Source: Capsulimonadales bacterium
Lineage (GTDB): Bacteria; Armatimonadota; Armatimonadia; Armatimonadales; Armatimonadaceae
Length of the DNA stretch: 64,000 bases
NCBI GenBank assembly: GCA_033762295.1
Contig: JANRLW010000014.1
Span: 14,131 to 78,130, forward strand
Direction of reading: 5' to 3'
Shown here: positions 48,782-57,635 of the stretch, piece by piece
Layout of the letters: every line of letters begins with the position of its first letter
Numbering within the stretch: the stretch's first letter is position 1
Notes under the pieces: generated by a model
Database searches by the model: none
Told to the model about the DNA's origin: nothing
The model's input: only the letters and a program-made list of their open reading frames with translations
Made by a program: the position numbers and the translations under genes

Positions 48782-50641
48782 GTGAGTGATCAACTTCGTT
48801 TTGAAGATGAAGAGGTCAATATCACTCTGCGGCGCGCCTGGGACCGGGCGTTGCGCACGCTGTCGTCACGTGTCAACAAGCCCACGTTCGAGACCCACAT
48901 CCGGTCGATTCGTCCGATGGCGCTGGCGGAACGCGTCGACGCCGGAAAGAATATATACTTAATTACACTAGGTGTCCCCTCGGCTTTCACCCGCGAATGG
49001 GTGGAAAAACGTCATGCCTCGCTGATCGCCGGCATCCTCGAGGAGATCTTCGACCGGGACGTTCGCCTGGAGTTCGTTCTCTCGCCGCGTGAAAAACCCG
49101 CCTCGGACGGCCGTGGGAAAACGCCATTTCCCGCTCTGTTCGGCGAGGATACCGACCTTTCGGGCGGCGGAGCTCCCTCGCCGGTCCCCTCCCCCACTCC
49201 GCCTGCTCCCGGTAAAGCGGCGACGCCTCCCGTCCTGACGGCGGATGAGGAGTTCGCACTGGCACCCGCGCCGGAGCGACCGTTAACCGTTCGCACTCCG
49301 AGATCCGTCCCGACCCCGGAAAGGCACGGTACGGTCCGAAAATCGACCGCCGACACCGCTGCGGACCGTGAGACGGCAATTGCTCCCTCCCGGGGCGTTC
49401 CGGCCCGTAGCGGGGCAAATTCCGCCGGGTATGCGGACGCGCCTCTTCTGAACCCTCGCTACACGTTCGACAATTTCGTGGTCGGCGCTTCCAATCGTCT
49501 GGCTCATGCCGGCGCACGGGCCGTCGCGGAAGCGCCGGGCGCCGTTTACAACCCCCTGTTCCTCTACGGACCGCCCGGGCTGGGAAAGACGCACCTGATG
49601 CACGCGATCGGCAACGAGATCGTCCTGCAGCACGGTATCGAATCGCATCGTATCGCCTACCTGTCCGGCGAAGCGTTCGCCTCCTCGTTCATCACGAGTT
49701 TACGGGAGCATCGAACCGACGACTTTCGCCGCCGCTGGCGTTCGATGGACCTTTTCCTGGTGGACGATATTCAGTTCATCGCCGGAAAGGAGCATACGAA
49801 GGAGGAGTTCTTCCACACTTTCAACGCCCTGTACCAGATGGGCAAACAGATCGTCATTTCGTCCGACCGTTCGCCTCGGGAGTTGCGGATGATGGACGAG
49901 CGGCTGCGCTCGCGTTTCGAATGCGGTCTGACCGCCGATATCACCCCGCCGGATCTGGAAACCCGTCTCGCCATCCTCCAGCGGAAAGCCGAGATCGAGC
50001 GCATGCGAATCTCCGACGAAGTGTTGCTGTACATGGCGAAACTTGTACAGAGTAATATCCGGACGCTGGAAGGCGCCCTGGTCAAGATCATCGCCTATGC
50101 CTCGCTTCAGAACTCTCCGGTGACCACCGAGCTGGCCGCCTCGGTGCTGGAGCACTACTACATCTCGGCCGGTATCGGGGACGCCATCGCAGCCGAAGCG
50201 AAGAACGGAAACCATGGCGCGAACGGATGGCCGGTTCCGCCGACGGATCGGTCGAACGATCGTCCTTCCGGCGCGGTCCGCAGTTCCGTCGGTTCACCGT
50301 CGTCGGCCTCCTTCGGCGTCGGACTGGCCGGTCTGCGCGGAAGTGTGACGCCCGAGGTGGTGCAGCGGGTGGTCTGCCGACGTTTCGGCCTTGACCCGGA
50401 CGCGCTGATAGGGAAGCGACGGGACCGCGAGATCGTGGTCGCTCGCCAGATCGCGATGCATCTGATGCGGGAGTTGACCGAAACAAGCCTCCCGGGTATC
50501 GGCCAGTTATTTGGCGGGAGGGACCATTCGACGGTTTTGCATGCCTGTGACAAGGTGCGCAGTTCCATCCCCCTCGACGACGACCTGAGAAGTCTGGTCG
50601 AGGACCTGACCGTCCAGATTCGAGCGCAGGCCGCCGGTTAA
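48782..50641 (+). CDS. dnaA: Chromosomal replication initiator DnaA
   Basis: Domain I (W..L..VPSAFTREWV), YTFDNFVVG, GPPGLGKTHL, VDDIQF, GGRDHSTVLHA; GTG start assumed. Confidence 0.97.
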   Translation: MSDQLRFEDEEVNITLRRAWDRALRTLSSRVNKPTFETHIRSIRPMALAERVDAGKNIYLITLGVPSAFTREWVEKRHASLIAGILEEIFDRDVRLEFVLSPREKPASDGRGKTPFPALFGEDTDLSGGGAPSPVPSPTPPAPGKAATPPVLTADEEFALAPAPERPLTVRTPRSVPTPERHGTVRKSTADTAADRETAIAPSRGVPARSGANSAGYADAPLLNPRYTFDNFVVGASNRLAHAGARAVAEAPGAVYNPLFLYGPPGLGKTHLMHAIGNEIVLQHGIESHRIAYLSGEAFASSFITSLREHRTDDFRRRWRSMDLFLVDDIQFIAGKEHTKEEFFHTFNALYQMGKQIVISSDRSPRELRMMDERLRSRFECGLTADITPPDLETRLAILQRKAEIERMRISDEVLLYMAKLVQSNIRTLEGALVKIIAYASLQNSPVTTELAASVLEHYYISAGIGDAIAAEAKNGNHGANGWPVPPTDRSNDRPSGAVRSSVGSPSSASFGVGLAGLRGSVTPEVVQRVVCRRFGLDPDALIGKRRDREIVVARQIAMHLMRELTETSLPGIGQLFGGRDHSTVLHACDKVRSSIPLDDDLRSLVEDLTVQIRAQAAG

Positions 50642-50661
50642 GCGAACCGGCGGCCTTTTTT
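50628..50661 (+). terminator. dnaA terminator insulating oriC
   Basis: AGGCCGCCGGTT-AAGCG-AACCGGCGGCCT-TTTTT spanning the stop codon. Confidence 0.8.
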
Positions 50662-50689
50662 ATTGAAGAAATAAGATATTTAATCCCCA

Positions 50690-51150
50690 TAAGCAAACAA
50701 AGTTATCCACAGGTTACCGGGGAACAACTGTTCATGGTGTTTTCCCCGGTATCGGCGGAGACAAAGACAATGAATACGATTTCGCAAAACGATTCGCTAA
50801 TCTTTAAGCAAACTAAGCAAACAAAGTTATCCACAGCCTGTGGATAACCTGTGGATAACCTGTGGATAAAGTTATCCACAGGTCGGGGGGCTGTGGAAAC
50901 TGTGGATAACTTTCGGAGTTTTCCACAGGTTATCCACAGGTTATCCACAGAAAAGGGCGAGTTATCCACAGCCTGTGGATAACTTTGTTTGCCCCTGTTT
51001 GCCCGGTATAATCGGCTCGTTTTCGTAGTCGAGGAGTCTGTTTTATGGGGATTCCGCGCGGTTTTTTCACTTTGTCACGCAAAGCAAACAAAGTTATCCA
51101 CAGGCTGGGGCGACACTACTATAACTACTACTAATCATATAGATAACACA
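50690..51150. other. oriC: Replication origin oriC
   Basis: AT-rich; 12 perfect TTATCCACA boxes (50703,50827,50839,50850,50861,50872,50901,50930,50941,50962,50974,51094) plus near-matches at 50892 and 50919; immediately 3' of dnaA. Confidence 0.95.
51116..51133. other. DnaA-trio repeats (unwinding element)
   Basis: CTA CTA TAA CTA CTA CTA after last DnaA box and GC-rich linker, followed by AT-rich tract. Confidence 0.8.
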
Positions 51151-51278
51151 GGGGTAGTTTTCTTACGTGAGGGGATAAGCCTGGTTGCTTGATGTTTTGA
51201 AGCAAGGAAGCTTGGAAGGAAAGAATGGTCGATTGCAAGGGTGGAGAGACGGGAGCGAAGCCGGGAGAGGATTCCGAC

Positions 51279-51307
51279 TTGACAGGGTCAGGTCGCCGTG
51301 TCATACT
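51279..51307 (+). promoter_or_regulatory. purSQ promoter
   Basis: TTGACA-N17-CATACT with extended TG, ending 9 nt before ATG. Confidence 0.7.
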
Positions 51308-51316
51308 GACGGTGCC

Positions 51317-51568
51317 ATGCCAAAAGTGACGGTCCGTATCACCCTCAAGCCCTCTCTTCTCGACACTCAGGGACGCACGATCGAATCCGCGCTTCATCGT
51401 CTGGGATTCACCGAGGTGGACCAGCTGCGAGTCGGCAAGATTATCGAGATGCGGCTCCCGGACGACGATGCGGATTCGATCCGTACGCGGGTGTCGGCGA
51501 TGTGCGACCGGCTCCTGGCCAATCCGGTAATGGAATCGTACCGGATCGAGGTCGGGGAGGAGTCCTGA
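51317..51568 (+). CDS. purS: FGAM synthase subunit PurS
   Basis: LKPSLLDTQG..LRVGK..MCDRLLANPVMESY. Confidence 0.93.
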   Translation: MPKVTVRITLKPSLLDTQGRTIESALHRLGFTEVDQLRVGKIIEMRLPDDDADSIRTRVSAMCDRLLANPVMESYRIEVGEES

Positions 51569-51573
51569 CGGTG

Positions 51574-52293
51574 ATGGCCGATGCGGATCGATCCCGCCCC
51601 CTTCGAATCGGGGTTATCGTCTTTCCCGGTTCCAACTGCGATACGGATGCCGGAAACGCCTGGACGGAACTCGGGCTTGGCGAAGCGGTGTACCTGTGGC
51701 ATCAGGAGACGGACCTGAAGGGAGTGGATGCTCTCCTTCTGCCCGGCGGTTTCTCCTACGGGGACGCCCTGCGGGCCGGCGCGATCGCCCGCTTCGCCCC
51801 GATCATGAACGAGGTCGTCGCGTTCGCCGCCGACGGAGGCGTCGTGGCGGCGATTTGCAACGGTTTTCAAATCGCGTGCGAGGCCGGCCTCCTGCCGGGC
51901 GCACTGGCCCGCAACGAGAATCTGCGGTTTGTCAGCCGGTTCGTGTCGCAGCGGGTGGAAAACAACGAAACCCTCTTTACCCGGCGCTACTCCCAAGGTG
52001 AGGTGATTCGGATTCCGGTCGCGCACGGCGAAGGCCGATATGTCTGTGATGATGCGACCTACGAACGTCTGGTCGCGGAAAACCGGATCGTTTTCCGTTA
52101 TGCCGACGATAATCCGAACGGCTCCCGAAATGATGTGGCGGGGATTGTGGGCGGGCCGCGAAACAATGTTCTGGGAATGATGCCGCATCCGGAACGGGCG
52201 GTCCGTTCGCTGAACGGCTTCTCCGATGGAGCCCGGTTCTTCCGGTCCATCGCCGATACCTTGATCGAGCATACCGCTCCCGCGCTACGGTAA
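51574..52293 (+). CDS. purQ: FGAM synthase glutaminase subunit PurQ
   Basis: FPGSNCD, PGGFSYGD, ICNGFQ, AHGEG, MMPHPER. Confidence 0.96.
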   Translation: MADADRSRPLRIGVIVFPGSNCDTDAGNAWTELGLGEAVYLWHQETDLKGVDALLLPGGFSYGDALRAGAIARFAPIMNEVVAFAADGGVVAAICNGFQIACEAGLLPGALARNENLRFVSRFVSQRVENNETLFTRRYSQGEVIRIPVAHGEGRYVCDDATYERLVAENRIVFRYADDNPNGSRNDVAGIVGGPRNNVLGMMPHPERAVRSLNGFSDGARFFRSIADTLIEHTAPALR

Positions 52294-52486
52294 GGCAAAT
52301 TTAACACCCCCGGTCGGACCGGCGTGACAGCGGATCGGTTATTGTTGACGTATAATAACGCATCAGGCAAACGTATGGGGGGGTCGTCCCGGCGGATTTG
52401 CCCGGCAGGTTTCCTTCGGAAAGGGCTTCCGGTACATTCGGTCCGGCGACTCGACGTTCCGGGATCGAAATCCGGAGGAATAAACG

Positions 52487-53170
52487 ATGTCGCATATTCA
52501 GGTTCTCGCTGCTGTTCCCCTTTTTTCCACGCTGGATGACGAACAGCTGGCGCAGGTCGCCCGGTATCTTCGGCGATTGACGTACAACGAACGCGATGTG
52601 ATCGTGCGTCGGGACAGTCCCGGAGATGCTCTTTTCATCATCACGGCGGGCAAGGTCAAGGTGGCCTACCTCGAAGAGGAAGGCGAGACCATCATTGCGA
52701 TGATGCAGACCGGCGACTTCTTCGGCGAACTGGCCATTATCGACGGCGAGGGTCGATCGGCGGACGTGGTCGCGCTGGAGGAGACCGAGGTGCTGGTTCT
52801 TTCCGCCGAGGACTTCCGTCATTCGTTGCAGACCGTACCCGCCATGAGCCTCGCGCTGATGAAGGAACTTGCGGGTCGTCTGCGTCGTACCACCAGCTGG
52901 GTGCAAAAACTGTCCTCCCAGGATGTCTATGGGCGGATCGCGCAGCAGTTGATCTACCTTGCCGATACGCACGGCATCGATGTTGAAAACAACGGCCGGA
53001 AGATCGGTCTGCGTCTGACGCAGAACGACATCGCCAGTATCGTCGGCGCGTCACGGGAGTCCGTGAACAAGGCGATGGGCTATTTCAAGTCCAAGGGGTA
53101 TATTACGGTCGATTCCACCTACCATATCACCGTCTTCAATCGTGCCGCGCTGGAGCGGCGAAGCCAGTAA
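52487..53170 (+). CDS. Crp/Fnr-family transcriptional regulator
   Basis: cNMP domain GDFFGELA..RSADV; HTH LTQNDIASIVGASRESVNK. Confidence 0.93.
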   Translation: MSHIQVLAAVPLFSTLDDEQLAQVARYLRRLTYNERDVIVRRDSPGDALFIITAGKVKVAYLEEEGETIIAMMQTGDFFGELAIIDGEGRSADVVALEETEVLVLSAEDFRHSLQTVPAMSLALMKELAGRLRRTTSWVQKLSSQDVYGRIAQQLIYLADTHGIDVENNGRKIGLRLTQNDIASIVGASRESVNKAMGYFKSKGYITVDSTYHITVFNRAALERRSQ

Positions 53171-53261
53171 GGTATTCGGGCCTTCGGAGCGGCGACTCGA
53201 TCGCGCGGTCGTACCGCTCCCTGTCCGTCCCGTTTTTTTCTGACGAAGGAGCCTTCGCGTC

Positions 53262-55520
53262 ATGCGTCCATCCTCTGCGGTTGCTATTTCCTGCCTGGTT
53301 CCCCTCGCGGCGGTCGTCGCTCCGGCGGCGGCGGCTCCGCCGGTCCGATGCCTGTTGCTTCGATCCGTCGCTCCGGCGCCGGCGGGAGCGGACGGAGTGC
53401 GGGTTCGTCTCTTCAGCGATAAGTCCGGAGGTACCGTACAGGTTCGTCTGGTTGCGCCGACGCAGGATGGGGTGCTGGCCGGTTACTTCGCCGCGCCGCC
53501 GATCGTTCTCGATTTCGATGGCTGGAAGACGGTGACGCTGCCGTTGTCCTCGTTTGTCTTCGGTTCCGATATCAATCCCGATGCGATTCAGGACGGACTC
53601 GCTCGCCGGGAAACGCTGACCGCGTCCACCTCGCTGGAACTTGCCGTCACCGGTTCCAACGTTCGTATCGCCGTGAACGAACTGGCCTGGGCGACGGGCG
53701 AGAACTCGGCCGCCGCGATGGAAACCTTTGATGCGGCGTCGATCAAGCAATGGAAAACGGTCGGCGACTACGACCAGATCCGCGCGATCCGGTTCGGTTC
53801 CGTCGCTGCCGGAGAGTTGTCCGAGGGAGGGAAGCCCTCGTTGCAGATCATTGTCCGGAACCATGCGCTCAACGAACGTCAGATCAACAAACCGTCGGTC
53901 GATACCCGTCTGAAGAAGAACGCTCAGGTTCCGTATGCGATCTATGTCCGAGATCCGTTCGATCCGATCTGCGCCGAATCGGTTCCGTCGGTACAGGAGA
54001 TCGCCGCTCCCGCCACCCTGAACCTCCTGGCCTGCGCCGATGAGATCGAACCGGCCTCCTTTTCGGTCTATTCGATCCGGGAGATCAAGGATGCGACCGT
54101 GCGGATCGTCGGCGGATTGACCGCCGACACCGGGAAATCGTTGCCGGGATCGTCGGTCGATGTTCGGGTCGTCCGCGTCGGTAGCGGGTATCCCGCGCCG
54201 CAGCTCCTGATGAAGGATGATCGCCAGCCGTTGACGGACCCGATCCCGGCCGTCCGCCTGTCCGGTGAGCCGACCACGGACATACCGGCTGAGACCTCGA
54301 AACAGTTCTGGATCACCGTTCGGGTGCCGGCGAACACGACGCCGGGGGTCTATCGTGGGAAGCTCGTCTTCACCGGTTCCGGCGTCAAGCCGACGACGGT
54401 GCCGTTGAACGTCACCGTTCCGGATATCACTCTGAAAACCGCGTTCCTCCAGTACGGGATCGAACTTCGGTCCCATGCCGTCGCGCCGGGCGAGAACGTG
54501 GGCGGAGAGGCGGTGGCGCAGGAGACGTTCTCGGAACAGTTAAAAAACATCAAAGACCACGGTTTCCGTCTGGTGCAGATTTTCGAGGAGGTAGGCAGCC
54601 TGGAGAACGACATTCGTCTTTACCGGGACGCCAACCTGAGCCTGGTCGGACCGGTCGTGGTGGCCGTTCGAAGCGGCGAGGAGGCGGCGACGGTCGAGTC
54701 GATGAAGCGGTCGATCGGGCTGTCGTCCGGATTCGATTTCTACTACTTCCTGACCCCGGAGATGGTGCGCGGCGGAGGTGTCGGAGATTTCGGGCGCGCG
54801 GTCACGAACGCCAACCGCAATGCCCTGGTGGCCGCGGTCGTCGAGAGCAGCGAAGTCTACGGGACGTTACGTGACGCGCTGAACGATCCGGCGGGTGAAC
54901 GGCTCGCGCCGATCTATCCGATCAGTTCGGATTACGCGCAGAAGGTTCTCGCCGAAGGCAAGCGTTCCACGCCGAATCGCGATTACTGGCGCTGGAGCAT
55001 TCCGGACCAGAGTCCGGCCCGCAACCGGCTTTTCTCCGGCTTTCTTCTTTACCGGACCGGTCCTGGCTTTTACGGGGCGTTCCCCGGCCCGTACCAGCGT
55101 GTGCCGGAGGGGATGTCCCCGTTCGCCGCGTTCGGCACGACGGAAGCGAACGCACCCCGTCCGGCGATGACGACCTTTCCCGTGCAGGGGGGCGTGCTGG
55201 ATACCATTCAGTGGGAGGCGGCGCGGGAGGGTGTGGACGATATCCGGTATATCGGAGCTCTCAAGGCGAACATCCGGGAACTGAAGGACGCCAAGAAGGC
55301 CAAGGACGCCACGGACGCGGCGGAGGCGTCGCTGGCATCGCTGATGGACCGTGCATTGATCACGTTGAGTCCGGCCCAGCATCACGCCGCGCGTCTGGCA
55401 ATTCTGGATCAGGCATTACAGTTGAAGTATATTTTGAATCCGGCGGCGCGACGATCCGCCGCTCCGAAGACACCGACCAAAACGCCGAAAGCACCGGCGA
55501 GACCGAAGAAAAAAACCTGA
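53262..55520 (+). CDS. Large secreted protein, GH123/DUF4091-like architecture
   Basis: Signal peptide; EIEPASF, FWITVRVP..PGVYRG Ig-like domain; C-terminal TIQWEAAREGVDDIRY. Confidence 0.6.
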   Translation: MRPSSAVAISCLVPLAAVVAPAAAAPPVRCLLLRSVAPAPAGADGVRVRLFSDKSGGTVQVRLVAPTQDGVLAGYFAAPPIVLDFDGWKTVTLPLSSFVFGSDINPDAIQDGLARRETLTASTSLELAVTGSNVRIAVNELAWATGENSAAAMETFDAASIKQWKTVGDYDQIRAIRFGSVAAGELSEGGKPSLQIIVRNHALNERQINKPSVDTRLKKNAQVPYAIYVRDPFDPICAESVPSVQEIAAPATLNLLACADEIEPASFSVYSIREIKDATVRIVGGLTADTGKSLPGSSVDVRVVRVGSGYPAPQLLMKDDRQPLTDPIPAVRLSGEPTTDIPAETSKQFWITVRVPANTTPGVYRGKLVFTGSGVKPTTVPLNVTVPDITLKTAFLQYGIELRSHAVAPGENVGGEAVAQETFSEQLKNIKDHGFRLVQIFEEVGSLENDIRLYRDANLSLVGPVVVAVRSGEEAATVESMKRSIGLSSGFDFYYFLTPEMVRGGGVGDFGRAVTNANRNALVAAVVESSEVYGTLRDALNDPAGERLAPIYPISSDYAQKVLAEGKRSTPNRDYWRWSIPDQSPARNRLFSGFLLYRTGPGFYGAFPGPYQRVPEGMSPFAAFGTTEANAPRPAMTTFPVQGGVLDTIQWEAAREGVDDIRYIGALKANIRELKDAKKAKDATDAAEASLASLMDRALITLSPAQHHAARLAILDQALQLKYILNPAARRSAAPKTPTKTPKAPARPKKKT

Positions 55521-55580
55521 GCGCCCTTCGACCCACCCACAAATCATGAACGCGCAAGAGGAGCGGTGACCCGGAAGAGG

Positions 55581-56201
55581 TTACCGCTCCTTTTTTTCGC
55601 TCTTCCCTTCCCCGAATCGGTTTTCGGTTCCGGCGAGCAGGCGACGAATATTCTCTTTGTGCCGAACGAGGACGAAGATGGCGGCCAGAAGCCCGAAAAG
55701 CCGATACGGCAGGGGTTCGTTCAGAAGGAACAGGAGAACCACCATGGTGACTGCGGCCAGAATGGACCCGAGCGAGACGTACCGGGTCAGGTAGACCGTA
55801 ACCGCGAACACCGCCGCCGAGACGGCAGCCGCCGCAGGCGAGAGCGCCAGCATGACACCAAGCCCGGTCGCCACTCCCTTTCCGCCCTTGAATCTCAGGA
55901 ACGGCGAGAAGATATGGCCGAGCATCGCCGCCAGTCCGGTCGCCACGATCCAGACTCCCGAAAGGTGCCAGAAAGCGGCTGCCTGAGTGGGAAGGAAGCC
56001 CTTGAGCGCATCCAGAATCAGGACGGCAATTCCCGGTCCTTTTCCGAGGTGGCGAAGCGTGTTGGTGGCACCAATATTGCCTGAACCCAGTTGGCGCAAA
56101 TCCTTTCCCATGAGTCGTCCGGCGAGATATCCGAACGGAACGGAACCCAGAACGAAGGCGAGGCACACGATGGGAAGGCCCGGAACCCATTGATCTTTCA
56201 T
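55581..56201 (-). CDS. plsY: Glycerol-3-phosphate acyltransferase PlsY
   Basis: GSGNIGATN, DALKG, FKGGKGVAT, YVSLGS, HKENIRRL. Confidence 0.96.
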   Translation of the reverse strand: MKDQWVPGLPIVCLAFVLGSVPFGYLAGRLMGKDLRQLGSGNIGATNTLRHLGKGPGIAVLILDALKGFLPTQAAAFWHLSGVWIVATGLAAMLGHIFSPFLRFKGGKGVATGLGVMLALSPAAAAVSAAVFAVTVYLTRYVSLGSILAAVTMVVLLFLLNEPLPYRLFGLLAAIFVLVRHKENIRRLLAGTENRFGEGKSEKKER

Positions 56202-56339
56202 AATCTTGTCTAACCTTACCCGCAAAAATCACGGATTGTTCGTTCCGTGCAGGGCGGCATCTCAAAGAGTGCCGAGTCTATGGAACGATAAAGCATCACA
56301 CAACCGAACGCACAAAAGACGTTTGGAATTGAAAAGAAC

Positions 56340-56705
56340 ATGAAAACGAACCAGAACAATTTACGGGCGTTCACGCTAATCGAGATCATGATCGTCGTTA
56401 CGATTATCGGCGTTTTGCTGGCCATCGCCGTGCCGAACTTTTCCGCGGCGCGAGAAGCCGCCCGCAAGAAGTCCTGCATCTCCAATCTCTGGAAGATTCA
56501 GTACGCCAAAGATTCGTACATGATGAACAACAATCGGCCCAATAATACCCCGGCGAGTGAGTTTACCGATACCGCCCTCTACGGGGATACCGGTTTTACT
56601 ACGCGTCCGGTCTGTCCGGGCGGCGGTTCCTACCAGCCGAACGATGGCAATGTGCTTCCCACCTGCGACTACGCCGGGGGGGGCGTTCATACCATCGCTC
56701 CCTGA
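56340..56705 (+). CDS. Short type IV pilin / pseudopilin
   Basis: AFTLIEIMIVVTIIGVLLAIAVPNF; CISNL; CPGGGSY..PTC. Confidence 0.88.
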   Translation: MKTNQNNLRAFTLIEIMIVVTIIGVLLAIAVPNFSAAREAARKKSCISNLWKIQYAKDSYMMNNNRPNNTPASEFTDTALYGDTGFTTRPVCPGGGSYQPNDGNVLPTCDYAGGGVHTIAP

Positions 56706-56779
56706 GGCGGCTGACTTTCCTTCTTGGCGACGGTCGTCGGTATCAACGATATCGGCGGCCGTTCGCGTATTTTCCGCAC

Positions 56780-56821
56780 TTGACAGGCGGAGCATCCCGC
56801 GGTATAAAATTAACAGTGTTA
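56780..56821 (+). promoter_or_regulatory. tetR promoter with palindromic operator
   Basis: TTGACA-N17-TATAAA then TAACAGTGTTA (56811-56821) over the predicted start site. Confidence 0.75.
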
Positions 56822-56869
56822 TCATAATTAACGAAGGAATGAAAAGGGGAGGTAAGGTAGGGTATTGGT

Positions 56870-57529
56870 ATGGGAACTTCGGAACGGCGTCAGCGGGAAA
56901 AAGAGAATCTGCGAAGAGCGATCCTGGAGGCGGCGCGGGAGCTTTTCGTCGATCACGGGTTTGACAATGTCTCGATGCGAAAGATTGCGGAGCGCATCGA
57001 GTACTCACCGACGACCATCTACCTGCATTTCAAAGATAAGGAGGAGATCTTCGCCACGCTGGTCGAGGAGGGGTTCACCCTGCTTTCCGAGCGTCTCGAA
57101 CCCTTCCATATACGGGTTGCAGACCCGATCGAACGGCTACGGGAGGGAGCGAAAGCCTACTTTGGTTTCGCCCGGGAACAGCCTCACTTCTACCGGATCA
57201 TGTTCGATATGAAAAGCGTGGTGATGACCGAGAGCGCGTGGGAGGAGATTCGCGACAACGCCCATTACCGGGCCGGCGTCCGCGCGTTCGGATTTATCGT
57301 TCGCTGTGTCCACGAGGGGATCGCTCAGGGGAAAATTCCGCATGGAGACGCTTCGGAGGCGAATATCCTGCTCCTGTCCCATGTCGTTTGGAGTTCGCTG
57401 CACGGCGTTGTGTCGCTGGTTCTGGCCGATCGGCTTTTGAAGATGCCCTGCGATCTGCCGGAGACCGCCGCCCGACTGTTGCTCGACGCGACGATCGACA
57501 ACACGCTGCGCGGACTGACCGGAAAATAA
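56870..57529 (+). CDS. TetR/AcrR-family regulator (WHG-type C-domain)
   Basis: ILEAARELF..SMRKIAERIEYSPTTIYLHFKDK; WSSLHG. Confidence 0.93.
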   Translation: MGTSERRQREKENLRRAILEAARELFVDHGFDNVSMRKIAERIEYSPTTIYLHFKDKEEIFATLVEEGFTLLSERLEPFHIRVADPIERLREGAKAYFGFAREQPHFYRIMFDMKSVVMTESAWEEIRDNAHYRAGVRAFGFIVRCVHEGIAQGKIPHGDASEANILLLSHVVWSSLHGVVSLVLADRLLKMPCDLPETAARLLLDATIDNTLRGLTGK

Positions 57530-57595
57530 CGGGATTTCCCGATTTCTTAAGGATCGACGTTCCATGTTCCGTTGTTGAGCGGAACTTATTTATTC

Positions 57596-57633
57596 AATCA
57601 TTGTTAACAATGTAAATAAAAGGAACAATGTAA
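57596..57633. promoter_or_regulatory. TetR operator-like sites before tolC
   Basis: AATCATTGTTA, TAACAATGTAA, GAACAATGTAA resemble TAACAGTGTTA. Confidence 0.6.
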
Positions 57634-57635
57634 AA

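Noticed and set aside
50817..50992. Repeat cluster as CRISPR array or plasmid iterons
   Set aside because: Units are DnaA boxes in both orientations without unique spacers; no cas or rep gene
50703..51192. ORFs 50703-50969(-) and 50989-51192(+)
   Set aside because: Translation shadows of DnaA boxes (VDN/LST/LWIT peptides) within oriC
52340..52365. Crp/Fnr autoregulatory box upstream of the Crp gene
   Set aside because: Only half-site resemblance (TTGAC..AATAA); not convincing
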